Origin: Lepidodermella squamata
Lineage: Eukaryota > Animalia > Gastrotricha
Length of the DNA stretch: 64,000 bases
NCBI GenBank assembly: GCA_047495785.1
Contig: JBLDXI010000042.1
Coordinates: 3,968,001 to 4,032,000 of the forward strand
Direction of reading: 5' to 3'
This document shows, one piece after another, positions 11,897-24,647 of the stretch. The position numbers and the translations under genes are program-made. Under the pieces are notes generated by a model. The model was not told the origin of the DNA and ran no database searches. It saw only the letters and a list, made by a program, of their open reading frames with translations. Within the stretch, counting starts at the first letter, position 1. Each line of letters begins with the position of its first letter.

Positions 11897-12815
11897 TTAC
11901 TTCGAGGCATAGCCAGTAGCAGTAGGGGTGTACGGCTGGAAGATGAGCGGGTCCAAGGGAGCTCTATTCAAGCAATTAAAAGTTATCAACCCAAAAAATA
12001 GATAGCACTAATGACTCACCTGAAACGGTTGACCTTAACGTCTGAAAATCCAGCGGCTTTCAGTTTCTCCCAAGGCTTGCGAACCAAGCTGCAATCGGAG
12101 AAAAAGGCGATCAGCGGGACGCTCATGACGTACTGAACCGATTGCATCAGCGGATTGTCAGACAAAACATGATCCCAGAAATAATAGCGACCATCCTATT
12201 AGAAAACAGTTTCAGCTGCAGAAAATTCAGTTTCAAATAATGAACTCTCAACAAACTTCCTTGAGAACGCGACGAATGTTTGAGAAAGTGGCATGAGCGT
12301 CTGAAACCGAGCAGTTGGCACATCGGGATAGAGCAACGTCGACTGAATTATCCGCAATCATTGCCGAAGTAATATCCTCAACTTTGCAAGTAAATAGAGT
12401 TAGCATGCCATTTCTTATAAAAACAAAATCGGAAAATGCTTTAAAATTAAAAAATGAACTATGAAACTCCTCACCCGGCTAAATGAGACTTGTCCCAAGC
12501 TTCGCGAAGGCGTGCATCAAAGTCTGGACAAGGATCGACACAGATGAGGTGAGTACCAGGTGGGTAGGCTTCCAAGGCTGGATAAGGGCCTGATCCGTAT
12601 TCCAAGACTGTTGGGCCCCTGGTATTCTTGCGAGACGTCAAAAATTCTCGTACTTCGGCGAGAAAAGGTTCGCTAAGCTTGCGGCATGCGCCGTGGTACA
12701 GGTAGCAAATGTTGACGATGAAGTGAAGGTGGATGAAACGGCGGATCCATTCGATGATAAACAAAGGTGGGCAGATAATTTTCACCCATAGAGGAAGATT
12801 TATCATAACTGCCAT
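11897..12815 (-). CDS. METTL7: METTL7/TMT1-like SAM-dependent methyltransferase, copy 2 (4 exons)
   Basis: Collinear with copy 1: MAVMINLPLWVKIICPP, VLEYGSGPYP, DVALSRCANCSVSD, GRYYFWDHV and the C-terminus ATGYASK*. Confidence 0.8.
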
Positions 12816-14888
12816 TGCTCAGCTTCGTTATACTTCTACAAAATTAATGATTATGAAGTTTTGTGTCGGGGATTCAGAAACTAAAAAAAATAATGTGGAC
12901 ACGCGTTTTAGGGAGAATAACGGCGTTATGAACCAAGAGATTGGGGACCTCGTTAAGCCTGTGCAGCAAATATTTTCTATTGCGTAGTCACTCAATTTTT
13001 TTTGACGCCACGAAATGCATTTAATTTATTCGTTCGCGTGAGATATCATTGTCAGCGCTGCAAAAGTAACCTCTAGGCTTGTTCAATTTTTTTGTCAAGG
13101 ACGATGGCCGGTTGGCAGGTAAAATTCGTGTGAAAGAGCTGAAGCTAATTTTAGAAATTACAGAATAATCAAAATGATGGATAGAAAAAAGTCCAAGTGC
13201 GATAGGAGGCTCAGGGGGCGCTTCAACATTCCGAGAAGTTGATACTATTTTGCGTTGTTCACAAGAACGCGTACAAATGTCACAAACTGCGCGAAATTCA
13301 AAACCCGTTCAAGCCTCGAAGTTTAAAACGCGGTTCCATGCGGCAAAAGTGTCAAAAAAAAGAATTAGTATTTGTTAATCATTTTAATAATAATTTTGAA
13401 TTAAAAGAATTAGGTGAAAAACTTGCAAAAATCTGAATTGTTTTTTATGAAACACATCGCGATCGTTTTTTTTTATTTTTTTATACTTTGCCGTCGCCGA
13501 ACCTAGTACATTTTCTTGACGGATTTAGATTCCTTGTTTGATGTAAAAATTTCGTTGACACTCAATTTTAGCCGCAAAGTTGACAAATTCGAGTCGAAAA
13601 TGGCGTTTTGCGCTTAGGCACACTTTTCAGGAAATTTTTACACCTGCTCCAAAGAGCCCTGCCACATCTCTGACCACTAATTCTGAAACTTCAGACTGTT
13701 ATAATTTTCAATGAAAATTAGTTTCGCTCGTTTTCAATCATAGGCCGATTTAGCCCCTAACCGGCCCTCAACGACGTTGCACTCAGTCCGAAATATAATT
13801 TTTTATAATTTTTTTATTCAAAAAAAACGCTCAGCTAAACATGCTTCAAGACGCTTTCCGCTTTCCACAATCACTACTTGTTGAAGAAACGTGTGCATTA
13901 GGGCTATGAAGATTTTTATTTTCATCGTTACTGACTGCAGTAGAATTCATTGCCATGAATCCGTGTAATACAATGAGTAAACATGAAAATAGCATTAATA
14001 TGCATATTTATTACATATGACCGTTATCAATTGAAAAGTGGGGTTTGACGAAATGTTTGACATCGCGAAGTTTTGAGGCTGCTTTCAAAATTTAGATGGA
14101 ATCAAGGTAATGCTTGCACGTCAACCTAAATCGATTAGCCATTTCAGTGACACTTTGGGGTCCCACTTCTTTCGATGTGGATGGGAGCCTCTTAGAGGAC
14201 TTATTTTTTAAAATTCAGAATGCTCAAGAAAAACGAAGTAAAAGGACATCTAGGAATCCAAGAATCGTCTCTCTTCAAGTCAGCACACTTTTTGCCATTT
14301 GCTGGAAAATGCAGGAATTACGCCAAACCCCAATTCACTTGTTTCGACCGCATTGACTTTTACCACCTGATAAACAAGCCTAGAGGTTCTATCTTCCGCG
14401 CTGCCAACTAGGACCGAAAGGCGATTTTCGCACCAAAGTTGCTATTTCCTGATAATTAAAAAATTGAGGTAGTTGCGCAGCAATTATGGAAACCGATTTC
14501 ATATCAAAATAATGCAGAATTGAAGCGTAATTATAATCTTATTCAACACGGACGCATTTATCGCTGCGCACATTTTTTAAAGCCAAGACACGCGTTCACG
14601 TTTTTTCACGCGCATGTGGTGCTGTGGTGTCGAGTGATTTGGATCGCAAAAAAGTACTCGCATCAATATCGAAGCCGTATTCACACTGAGCCTACTAATA
14701 ACGAATTTTTACGCGACCGCATGTGCATCAGGTGACTAAGTATATTCGAATGGTACGAATAATTTTCTATATTCTGTAACCCGAACATGGAATTTTACGA
14801 AAATTCTTGGGCATAATTAACCCAAGTAGGATATAATGTGTAGTTATTAACAACAGTAACTATAGCCACTATATCGTTTTTAGGTGTG

Positions 14889-15181
14889 ACTTTTTTCATC
14901 TGACCAATGTCTTATTTCATCCGACAACCAAAAATGTGACTAAAATCATCCGACATGAAAATATCGATTTTCTAGATTTTCCCGAGTTCGATTTTTCCGT
15001 AGGGACATACCCTAAAAACGTTGGCCCCTGAACCGGCAGATTTTATGGTGAAAGATTTATGGCGATCCGAGTTGTCACTTTTTTACTGTAATTTTTTGAA
15101 AATATGAAAAAGCAAGTCGGCAGTTTTTAGTCACATTTTTGGTTGTCGGATGAAATAAGACATTGGCCGGATGAAAAAAGT
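14889..15181. mobile_element. MITE-like element with ~57-bp terminal inverted repeats
   Basis: acttttttcatctgaccaatgtcttatttcatccgacaaccaaaaatgtgactaaaa (14889-14945) is the reverse complement of 15125-15181 with about 2 mismatches. The interior is non-coding. Confidence 0.7.
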
Positions 15182-16923
15182 GTTCCCCCTTTTTAGCTAG
15201 TCAGAGGTCGCGAGTCATATTGCCCCAACTTGCAGTCTTCGAAAGCTTGCCCCAAAATGCCGAGGGGAAAAAAATAAAAATACCTATTGCGAGAAATTCA
15301 TTTTCTTAGCCCATAGCCTACATTTACAGGGAATAAAAACCGAAATGCCATAATTTGTGACATAAATTATTTCTACATGTTATAATTTTACGAGAAATCT
15401 TCAGAAATATGACGATAATTCAGGATAAAAATCGAATGCAATTCAGCGATATCTTGCGGCTTTAGGAGTTATGCTTAATACGCAGATTGACCCTATTATA
15501 GCGCATTTGGCGCATTAAACAAAATTAAACAGAAAATTGCGGCGACTTTCAAACCTCCGCTCTCGATGGGCCTCGGGCCTCAGTGTTATGTGCGCATTTT
15601 GGCCTTCGGTAATTCAAAGTTGGGAAATATTTCTTAATGCGCCAAGAGAATCGGAATACCCCGGGCGATTTTTGAGCGATCAATTAATAATATTACAGCA
15701 ATTTTGGGTGGGAAAACAGTCATACGAAATACCTTGAAAATGAAAATCTGTTTCTTGGTTTTTTCAAGCATGTGATCGCTAAAAATAATTTTAAATCTGT
15801 AAGGGGGCCAAGGAGGTTTCTGCCAGTGCTTTGTTACCGTAAGCATCAGAGGTTCATGCATCAAGTCCTCAAGGAAAAAAGATAAACAGGTAAATCAACA
15901 AAGGTGAGCTTGCCGAGACGGTACCATATTTGAAGTATTATCGCACCTGGATGGGGTGGCCGAAATTAGGGCACGGCTCCCTAATTACCTAGGAGTCTAG
16001 GTGACAAAATTAGTCATAAATCAAGGACAAGTAAAATCAAGTGAGTACCAAGCAAAATCGTCTGGACTAGCGGAAACCAGCATTCGATAGCCCGAGAACT
16101 CCTCTATAATTTTACTTTTTAAAATTCACATGGCTGAAAAAGTAGGAAGATCCCGAAAAGTGGCCGAATTTAGGGCGCAATGCTCTAAATGAGACAAGAA
16201 GGAAGTTGAAATGTTCTTCTAACCTCTCAGCCCAATGCAGGAAAATGTTAAACTAGCTTAGCTCGAAAAGCTCGTGGCGCAAATATCGATCAGGAGAGAG
16301 AAACGACGAAATTAGGACACTGGAACCTCAATTGAAGTTTGTTGCAAATATGTGGGAGCAATTTCTAGAATATTGGAATTCATCTTTATTTTTTATTCAT
16401 TTACAGTATGCCGGCGTGACTTTTCGGCTTCGCCATTTCCTAGCCTAAATTTCTCCATATTTCTTGTCTGTTTTCAGCATCAGGAATTTTTTTTTCGGAT
16501 CCGCCCATCCCTATTCCATACCAAAAAGAAGACGAAATAACAAGAACTCCGCTTTTTATTTCAAATAATACAATTCCTCAATTATTAGCAATGATAGGAA
16601 CCTGTTTCGTTTCATTTTCGTATGAGAGGCGGTGAAATTACAGTATTACGTGCTTTATCGATTACCCGAAACCGCGCAAATTTTAAGACACAAAAGAGAA
16701 ACCTGCAACAACCAATGCTCACGATAAAGCGCATCTTTCATCAGAATAAAATGTTGGAAATATTAATAAGAATAATACCATTCGAAATTAGTGGTAGATT
16801 TTTATAGAAGGAGAAAAAGAGGAAAGAAAAAAGTAGAACCTGAAATCGCGATGATATACAATAGCGAGAGAAATAATTGATATTTTTTCAAGCAAAACAA
16901 CAAAATAATATTATTTAAATTCG

Positions 16924-18646
16924 TCAAAACATAGGCTCGTCGGCACTTGTGGTGAAACAGGTCCATTTGGCCTCAACGGGAGCAGCAGGTTGAAAGAGTC
17001 CGTCGTCTTCGCTATTAACGAACACCTTGTTGCACGATGAAATGAGCCAGATTTGCTTCTTTGGCTCTGAAGCCGAGGATGTCGATCGACTGCCACGATT
17101 TACCAGCCAACGGTCGTAATCATTTACAGGCGGGAAGACAATGTTGTCCTTTTCGGTGATTTTCGCCTCAGGTTCCGGTTCCGGTTCATTTTTCGTAGTC
17201 GAGCTCGACTTTAGCCAGTAGTCGAAGTCAAGAGGGCGAGAAAACTCGGCGAATTCCGGTTGTTTCGGGGGCTGTAGCAATTGCGCTGAACAATTTGGCT
17301 CGCAAACACATTCCGACATGGTACAACAAGGGTCAGAAGCTCGGCAGATCACTTTTAACCAGGAGGAGTTGTTTGATCGAATCGTTCGAACAGAAGCTTG
17401 CGTTCGGGGGGTCGACGAATAACTGCTTGCAGGAGACATAGGTCGATTTTCGGTTATCATGGAAGCTGAACAAATTGCTAGCTCTTCAATATCAGGCACC
17501 AAATCGCAGGATCGCACGCTGCTAGAACGTTCGAACCGAGAAGCAGCCATGATAAAATCGGATGAGTCACTTTCACTAGTTCGCGGCGATGAGCGCTTCG
17601 GTTTAGCCAGCCAGTAATTGGCATCGCTACTCAACGCGGAGAAGAAGTTGAATACGTGCGATTCGTTTGAATTCGGCATTTCACCAGGGTTTAATTTAGC
17701 GCCATTGCCGCCGTAAAATTCGGCTTGATCAGCTGTGCTCGTGGCAGTGGAGGAAACCAGCCACTTCGTAAGCAGCTCATTGCTTGAATCTTGATCGCTC
17801 TCAATCACGTGATACTCCTCCTCTTTGTAGTGGGTATTACTCCCCTTTTTAAACAGCCACTTATCAGTATCAACTACCAGCGGTTTGTTCGGCTCAGATG
17901 TTTCCATTGATTGCGCTACTTTGCTGTCAATCGAACGTAGCGCTGATGGCAAACCGGCGACAAACACAGAACAATTTGTGGCGTCGGCAGAGCACAGCGA
18001 TCCCATAGCAAGTCCTAGAACGAATTCAGCATCGCTGTTTCGCATGATTGCTGGGATAGATACAGCGGCGATCGCAAATATTTTGCCCGACGTGGGCGCT
18101 ACAACTGACAGCGCTGAAGTTAAAGTTTTCACGTGTATCGGATCAACAGTCAACAGCATACGGCGCTGCTTTGCATTCAGGCATGTGGTAACGACTTGGT
18201 CGATAGCCTCGGGTGAAGATAACTTCCCGCTTGATCGCAAGTCAATAGTGTGAATCGGGTCGGAGCAATAACGCTGAATGATTAGGCTAGGTAGATTGGA
18301 TTGGAACCCAGCAAGCCCATCTTCAACATATTCGTCGAAGCCGTAGCTATTGTCAATGATGCTGTCGAGTCGAACAACCACCAGCTCGTTAGAATTGATC
18401 ATGTTTGGAAGGTAAAAGGTAAACAATCCTAATCTAGCGTATAATTACCACCTAAGCAACAATAAAAAATAAAAAATAAATAACAGCTTCCAAGCTGAAT
18501 GAATTAAAGTACTACCCGAAACTAATGTCATCCTCAAATGATGCCAGGGGTAGGAGTTTTTCAATTTTATGACTTTCTTTCTCCGTGGGCCTGTAAACTT
18601 TCGTTGCTGAGTCGTGAGTCGAGCATTCGAAAACAATAAATTCCAT
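16924..18646 (-). CDS. NCOA4: NCOA4-like protein (ferritinophagy receptor family); 5' exon structure uncertain
   Basis: The 500-aa ORF 16924-18426 carries CRASDPCCTMSECVCEPNC, matching the NCOA4 motif CRANEPCTSFAECVCDENC, and repeated xWL motifs (DKWL, TKWL, NYWL, SSWL, DYWL, DRWL, QIWL). A possible upstream exon is 18646-18516. Confidence 0.65.
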
Positions 18647-19552
18647 GGTGTTTAATACGGGCAATAGGTGAGATGACGCCAATGTCAAGAAGTCGGAAAT
18701 TGCTTTTAAATTCCGCCAATAGTGTTGATCTAACACGCGTGTCACACCTCCATCAATCAGCAATCAGCAAGCTAAATATGTCGAAAAAATCATCTAAAGC
18801 TATTTATGTTATTCCATACTCTAAAATACTAGCAAAGATCAAGTGGTGCGTGGGCGTATAAATCGCCATTAAACAACTGGGTTACGTAAATTGTTATGTG
18901 GCAGTGAGCTGTGATCAGGCGTATGAGTTGAAAGTGAGAACATTTTGAAGGTCATAGTCTCCATTCGAACTTGCAATAGCACCTAGAGAGAAGATAAGAG
19001 ATAAAGCCACACGAGAACGTTTGGCAGAATCCTCTTGCTAGATACCAGATACCAGATGAACCTTTGCTCTCATTTCGACCAGCTCTGATGTTGAGAACCC
19101 GCGTTTTCGATGCCGCCAACGCGTCCTACTCGTGGCTGTTACCCTTTTAATTTGCTAATTATTACTGATCGGGGTAGTATTTTGATAAAGATGAAAAATA
19201 AAACCATAATTGATAATCGAATATTATAATTGTTGTGAAAATTTAATGGAATTTTCTCTTTGCTACGCAACAGCGGCATTTGGCCGCGTTGAAGTTGGCA
19301 TGCTGATGTAATCTACTACTTAGCTAGTCTAAGGTTTGAAGCCTCTGAGTAATCCTCTGAGCAATGCTTTATTCGTTACTCTGTAGTCCTTCAGCTTATA
19401 ATTAGTTGTTGATTTGTGTACAAACGTGACTCAAGGGTACATTGAAGCCTCTCAATTGAAATTAATCGTAACTTTGCGCATAGCCACAAACCGCAAACTT
19501 GTTGCTTTTATTTTTAGATTACTTAACAGCGATTTGATCACAATTTTGGATA

Positions 19553-21541
19553 ATGCCCAGTGTTTGTAAGCACTGCGGTTCTTCTGAGCTCGACAAAGAT
19601 CCTGCTAGATGCGATGTAGTATGTACTCGTTGTGGTGCTGTTCTTGAGGAAGGAGCTATCGTGTCGGAAGTGCAATTTGAGGAGGGAGATGGAGCCGGTC
19701 GTGTTATCGGTCAATTTGTTTCATCGGATGGTACAAATTCAACTCATCTTCAGGGCTTTGGTGGTATGTATTTCGGCGAGTCGCGAACGGCAACTCTTCA
19801 AAACGGAAAGCGCCACATCGAAGAGCTGGCTTCACGCCTCCATTTGAGCAATCACTTTGTCGAAATTGCCTACAATTTCTACAAGTTGGCCGTTGTAAGA
19901 CGTTTAACGCGCGGTCATCGTCTAACTCATATCGTGGCAGCTTGCCTTTACTTGGCCTGTCGTTTAGAGAGTACTCAGCACATGCTACTTGACTTCAGTG
20001 ATGCATTGCAGGCAGACGTGTATGCTTTGGGTCACGCTTATCTTTACCTCACAAACCGTCTCGCCATCAATCCACCTGCAATGGATCCATGCATTTATGT
20101 CTCCCGTTTTGCGCATCGCCTGGAACTCGGCGATAAGACTCATGAAGTGTCTTTGACCGCACTTCGTTTAGTTTCTAGAATGAAAAAGGACTGGATGCAT
20201 ACTGGCCGACGGCCTTCTGGCTTATGTGGCGCTGCGCTATTAATAGCAGCCCGCATTCACGGCTTCAATCGTGGCGTTGAAGACGTTATTCGCGTAGTGA
20301 AAGTTTGCCAACAAACTGTGATGAAGCGATTGCTGGAATTCGCTAACACGGAATCTTCCAATCTTACTGTCGAAGAATTCAATCGCGTCGATTTAGAGCA
20401 AGAAGAAGATCCGCCAGCCTATGCAAAAAGTAAAGCGGAAGCTGAGCAACCTCCTCCGCCACCTAGTCTTGTAGACCTCGCCAAATATGAAGCAGACTTG
20501 GTCGCTGTCCATCGTGAAATCGAAAGAGTCCTTAGCGAGACCGAAGTGAAGCGACGTCGATTTATGTACCGGAAATTTGGCCTGAAAGAGGAAACTGACT
20601 TCGAAAAAGTAATCGACGAGTGCGGTCAGGTGCTTGAATCCGGCGCTTCAACTTCGAAAGATGACGAGGAAATTGATTTGGACGAAACAGTTGCAATGCT
20701 AGAGAACGATATTGATGAAATAATGAAACAAGAAGGCGGTGCTTACAAGCTCAGGCCAACTCTGCAATCCCTCGGCTTAGCTCCGGATGAGACGGCTAAG
20801 GAAAAAGAGGATCAATCAAAATCTGCTGAAAATGTGCCGTCAACCAGTGCTGAGAAATCGGTTAAAAAGGCCGAGGAAAGCGAAGATGAAGAAAAAGAAG
20901 CATTGCCCGAAAATTGCGAATTAGATACTGCGGATTTAGACGACGGCGAGCTGGACGGTTATTTGTTAAAACCTGCTGAAGTTAAAGTTCGTACAATTTT
21001 GTGGACGAAATTGAATTCGGAATATTTGAAAGAACTGGCAGAGAAGGTGGCGAAGCAACGCGAGGAAGAAGCGGAACGGGCGAAAAATCCGCAAGAACAC
21101 GATGCAAAAGCAAAAGCTGCGGCGAAAAAGCGCCGGTCGCGTAAAATTCAACCGCAAGCAACGCCTGGTCAAGCTATTGAAGTTCTAGTTCAACGTAAAA
21201 AACTCAGTTCGAAAATCGATTACGAAAAACTGAAGAGTTTAATGCCGGGTGGGTCTAATCTCGTCACGCCTTCGACCCCGATCGCAGCTTCTGAAGAAAC
21301 TAGCCGAAAGCGGGCTGGAATTTCATCTCCTGAGCTAACTCCAGCTGAAAAATCGGCCCGCTTAGTGGCGAATTCAGTGCTTGCCTCGCGATTCGGTGCT
21401 CAAAGTGACGAAGAAGATGAGGAAGAGCTGGACGAAGATGACGAGGAGGGACCGGATCGAAACGCTGGGTTGAGTGCTCGTGATATGTTGGCTCAATTCA
21501 GCGGCGGTTCGTACGCGGCCGGGGACGACTACGACTCCTGA
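19553..21541 (+). CDS. BRF1: Transcription factor IIIB 90 kDa subunit; single coding exon
   Basis: TFIIB zinc ribbon (CKHC...CTRC), two cyclin-fold repeats (DPCIYVSRFA, GRRPSGLCGAAL), EQEEDPPAY, and the BRF1 C-terminal blocks (LDDGELDGYLL, KKLSSKIDYEKL). Confidence 0.97.
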   Translation: MPSVCKHCGSSELDKDPARCDVVCTRCGAVLEEGAIVSEVQFEEGDGAGRVIGQFVSSDGTNSTHLQGFGGMYFGESRTATLQNGKRHIEELASRLHLSNHFVEIAYNFYKLAVVRRLTRGHRLTHIVAACLYLACRLESTQHMLLDFSDALQADVYALGHAYLYLTNRLAINPPAMDPCIYVSRFAHRLELGDKTHEVSLTALRLVSRMKKDWMHTGRRPSGLCGAALLIAARIHGFNRGVEDVIRVVKVCQQTVMKRLLEFANTESSNLTVEEFNRVDLEQEEDPPAYAKSKAEAEQPPPPPSLVDLAKYEADLVAVHREIERVLSETEVKRRRFMYRKFGLKEETDFEKVIDECGQVLESGASTSKDDEEIDLDETVAMLENDIDEIMKQEGGAYKLRPTLQSLGLAPDETAKEKEDQSKSAENVPSTSAEKSVKKAEESEDEEKEALPENCELDTADLDDGELDGYLLKPAEVKVRTILWTKLNSEYLKELAEKVAKQREEEAERAKNPQEHDAKAKAAAKKRRSRKIQPQATPGQAIEVLVQRKKLSSKIDYEKLKSLMPGGSNLVTPSTPIAASEETSRKRAGISSPELTPAEKSARLVANSVLASRFGAQSDEEDEEELDEDDEEGPDRNAGLSARDMLAQFSGGSYAAGDDYDS

Positions 21542-21695
21542 AGAAATACGTTGTTAAAGCTTCAAAAAGCATCTCAAAAATGCCACAAGTGCTTTTTCTA
21601 TAGCCATAAATATTTGCTTAAAAAATGATTCTGAGAAACATAAATTCACGAATTTTATAACAATTCTGATTTTTTTTAGATTTTTTTGTATTAAA

Positions 21696-22780
21696 ATGTC
21701 TAAGATGGGCCGTCGACCTGATTCAGCATCCCGCACGCCTTATGCGACCCATCCTTCTTATGATGATGATTACGAGCCGTACAATGAAACTGCGCCTCGA
21801 CGTATAAAATCAGCGGCTGAAAGTAATTATATCCGGAATCGCGGAACGATGAATTTTTACCTCGACCATTCCTTGAATGACGGCTACGAAACGCATCGCC
21901 CGGCGCCGAAAGCGCGGACAGATCTTGCGATGAATATTTTGAATCGGAGTATAAACGGGTCTGTTGGTGCTGTTTTAGGCAAATCGCAGGATTCCGAGGA
22001 CGATTATTACGAGTCTCAGCCGCAGCAACGCGTCAAAGGCGCGGCAGTTGAAATTGCAGCGAAAAGTCGAGGAGTGATGGGTGAGAATTTCTCAAAAAAT
22101 TCAAATCATTTTTTTCAATAAACAAAATATTTTTTGAAATCGAAATTAATTTTAGCATATTTTGCATCTTTCCTCGGGAAATTTGAAATTTACCGCATAA
22201 ATTATGGAAAATCCTGATTTTAAATAATTCGCTAATTTTCAATTTTTCCTATTCGATTTTCAATTCTCAAGTAAAATCGAAAATTTATGATTGTTCAGAT
22301 GACGTCATTGGAAATGGAGCCGCATTTTGGCCGTCACAGCCGCCTAATTCGAGAACATCCGCGCCAAGAATTAAGCAAGCGGCTTTAGATACGGCAACTA
22401 TGAGTCGTGGTGGAGCTATGGGCATGTTGTTTCATAATTACGGGAAAATGGAACTTGATCCGAAGCCCGCGCCTCGTGTCAAACCTCAAGCTGAAGAAAT
22501 TGCACACAAATCAACCGGAAATATAGGCAGATTATTGTAAGTTTTCAGAGAATTTTACAAATAATTAATCAATTAATTTATTATAATTATTTTCAGCCAA
22601 GGAAATTTAACACCCCCTGCTCAGCCGCAGCCTCGAATTCGAGCAGCCGGCGAGGAAGCATTCCGTAAAAGCCAAGGTGCCATGCAACACTTGATGAGAA
22701 ACGCTGGTTATACCCCGAAAGGCTACAGCTATTACAATCAAAATGGCAGCGCATCTGGACGATCTTCATCAATGGCCTGA
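21696..22780 (+). CDS. Uncharacterised protein of six ~35-45-aa repeats (exons 21696-22080, 22299-22536, 22597-22780)
   Basis: The exons splice in frame via GT-AG introns. The repeat core P-x-P-R-[VI]-x3-[AG]-x6-[SN]-R-G-x-M recurs across all three exons. Confidence 0.75.
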
Positions 22781-23505
22781 GAAAATCCTGATTTTTTTTT
22801 AATAATTTTTGTATTGTCATTGGACAATTAAATGTTGATTGTTTTAGCCATTTTTTAATAATAATAATAATCCGAATGATCTCAAATTTTGAATTGATTA
22901 TAAAATTATACCGATTCGATCGCTTTTCTGTGATACTTTTTCTGCGTGGAATACATAGTGATAAATATTCTCATTTTTTTAGCTCTATTCTTGATTTCTC
23001 ACCTAATTTCCGTAATATTCTTTGACACCAAGAGTGTTATAATTTTTATATTAAACGTGTTTTATATATGAAATGTTTTTGAATAAAATAACGAAATATG
23101 TGAGCAAAAGAGTGACTCAAACCTAATCATTGGATTTTCAAATTTTATTTAAGATATTTTTCTACCTGGAGAGATATCAGGTTTTACTGTACCTGACAAA
23201 ATTGTACCTCTCCCCGGTAATACTTAATATGCTTTTGAATTTCAGGCAGGATTGCGTTTTCAAGGCAAAGAACGTTTCTTTTCGACAGCTGCGTCATGTT
23301 GCAACGGATGGTGTCCATCGAAAGGCACGTGCTGATGACTCTGGACGGAAACTGAGGAAGAAGAGATTAAGTGAAAGCAGCGTTAATGAATCTGAAAAGT
23401 TCCCTGTGATAGAATGTTCTGACGTTTTATTTCCTAAAAAAACTAGGTATTTCTTATTTCAGAAATAAACCCTAGACTAATTTGCTGTTTTATTACTTTA
23501 TTTAA

Positions 23506-24075
23506 ATGTCTCGTTCTTCGGCCTTTGAAAAGCCGATAAAGGAATTGCCTGAAGAGTTTGAATTGCCTATATTGCAAACTTTTCCAAAACTTGATGACAA
23601 GAAACGCAAAGAAATCCAGGATCAATTCGAACGTCTAACGCAATACGAGACAAGCGTTTCTCATGATCAATCGGCTGGTAGCTACTACGAGCGTATAGGG
23701 GTATCGATTGCCCGCCTGGTACTAGCTGTGACGATTGTTACGCCGTGACATTCTGCTGTTTGCCAGTTCCGCCCATCCTAGCAGTCGACTGTTCCTGCGA
23801 TGAGTTGGATCAAGCCGGCATAAGTGCGGCTGAGTACGACAAACCGCCGACATCCTGCATCTCGCTCGGCTACAGGTACCAGGTACCAAAGGCACGCATC
23901 AGTGCTTCATGGTGCTGACCACTATGTTACACTCGTCACTAAAGATCAGCGAACTTATCTGTTTGACGACCTTTACCACTTGCCTAACGGCGTTGTTCCT
24001 TTCATGGAGGTTCACGATGAAGCAGCCAAAATAAGACTACAAAACAAAACAATCGATATTATTTTGCTGATCTAA
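23506..24075 (+). pseudogene. Frameshifted fragment of a USP/peptidase C19-like cysteine protease (C-terminal half)
   Basis: One frame gives CDDC...LPVPPILAVD...GYRYQ and another gives RHASVLHGADHYVTLV...YLFDDL (His box). Removing a 7-bp tandem duplication (caggtac, 23873-23886) joins them. Confidence 0.5.
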
Positions 24076-24647
24076 AAGACGGACATTTGAAACTATGACT
24101 TGAAGTTGTTATCAAGCCGATTTTTTCTTCCTTTTTCTTCAAAACCGTTTTGCGCGCGGTTAATCAGCCTGCATTGAGCAATTTAAAAAAATATATCTAA
24201 TTGTAATATCATGTTGAAATAAACATGCGCCTTGTTCGAAAAGAAGAAGAATGAAGTCATTTGCGCTGGCAACGGAGTTTCACTGCACATAGCTTTATCG
24301 CGCACGATCGTGCAATGAATATTCACTTTACATAGCCTAAGCACCGCACCTGGTAAGAGATACACGTTTATCTACGAAAAATTAAAAAAAAAACTAGAAT
24401 CCCCGCCCAATAATTTCTTACTGCGCAATTGTCGTAGCTAAAAAATGTCGCTAGGCACTATGATTTGACCTGCATTTGCTGGAAAGTGCCTGCTGAAAAG
24501 TGGAAAAACCCCTCGAGAAATCTGACGAGAAATGGAGATTTTATTTACCTTATAATTTACTTCAAAATAACCTGTAATAAAAAATCCTCCTTAATCCGTC
24601 GGGTTAACGAATTAACGGTTCTTGTGATCGAAAAGCCATCGTTTTCG

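Noticed and set aside
15956-16188. Two ~17-bp direct repeats (gtggccgaa.ttagggc) about 200 bp apart
   Set aside because: Only two copies in eukaryotic DNA with no regular spacers. It is not a CRISPR array and is probably TE debris.
18755-18775. In-frame TGC-TGA upstream of the NCOA4-like 5' exon as possible selenocysteine
   Set aside because: All three frames have stops here, and I cannot identify a SECIS or redox motif. It is most likely 5'UTR.
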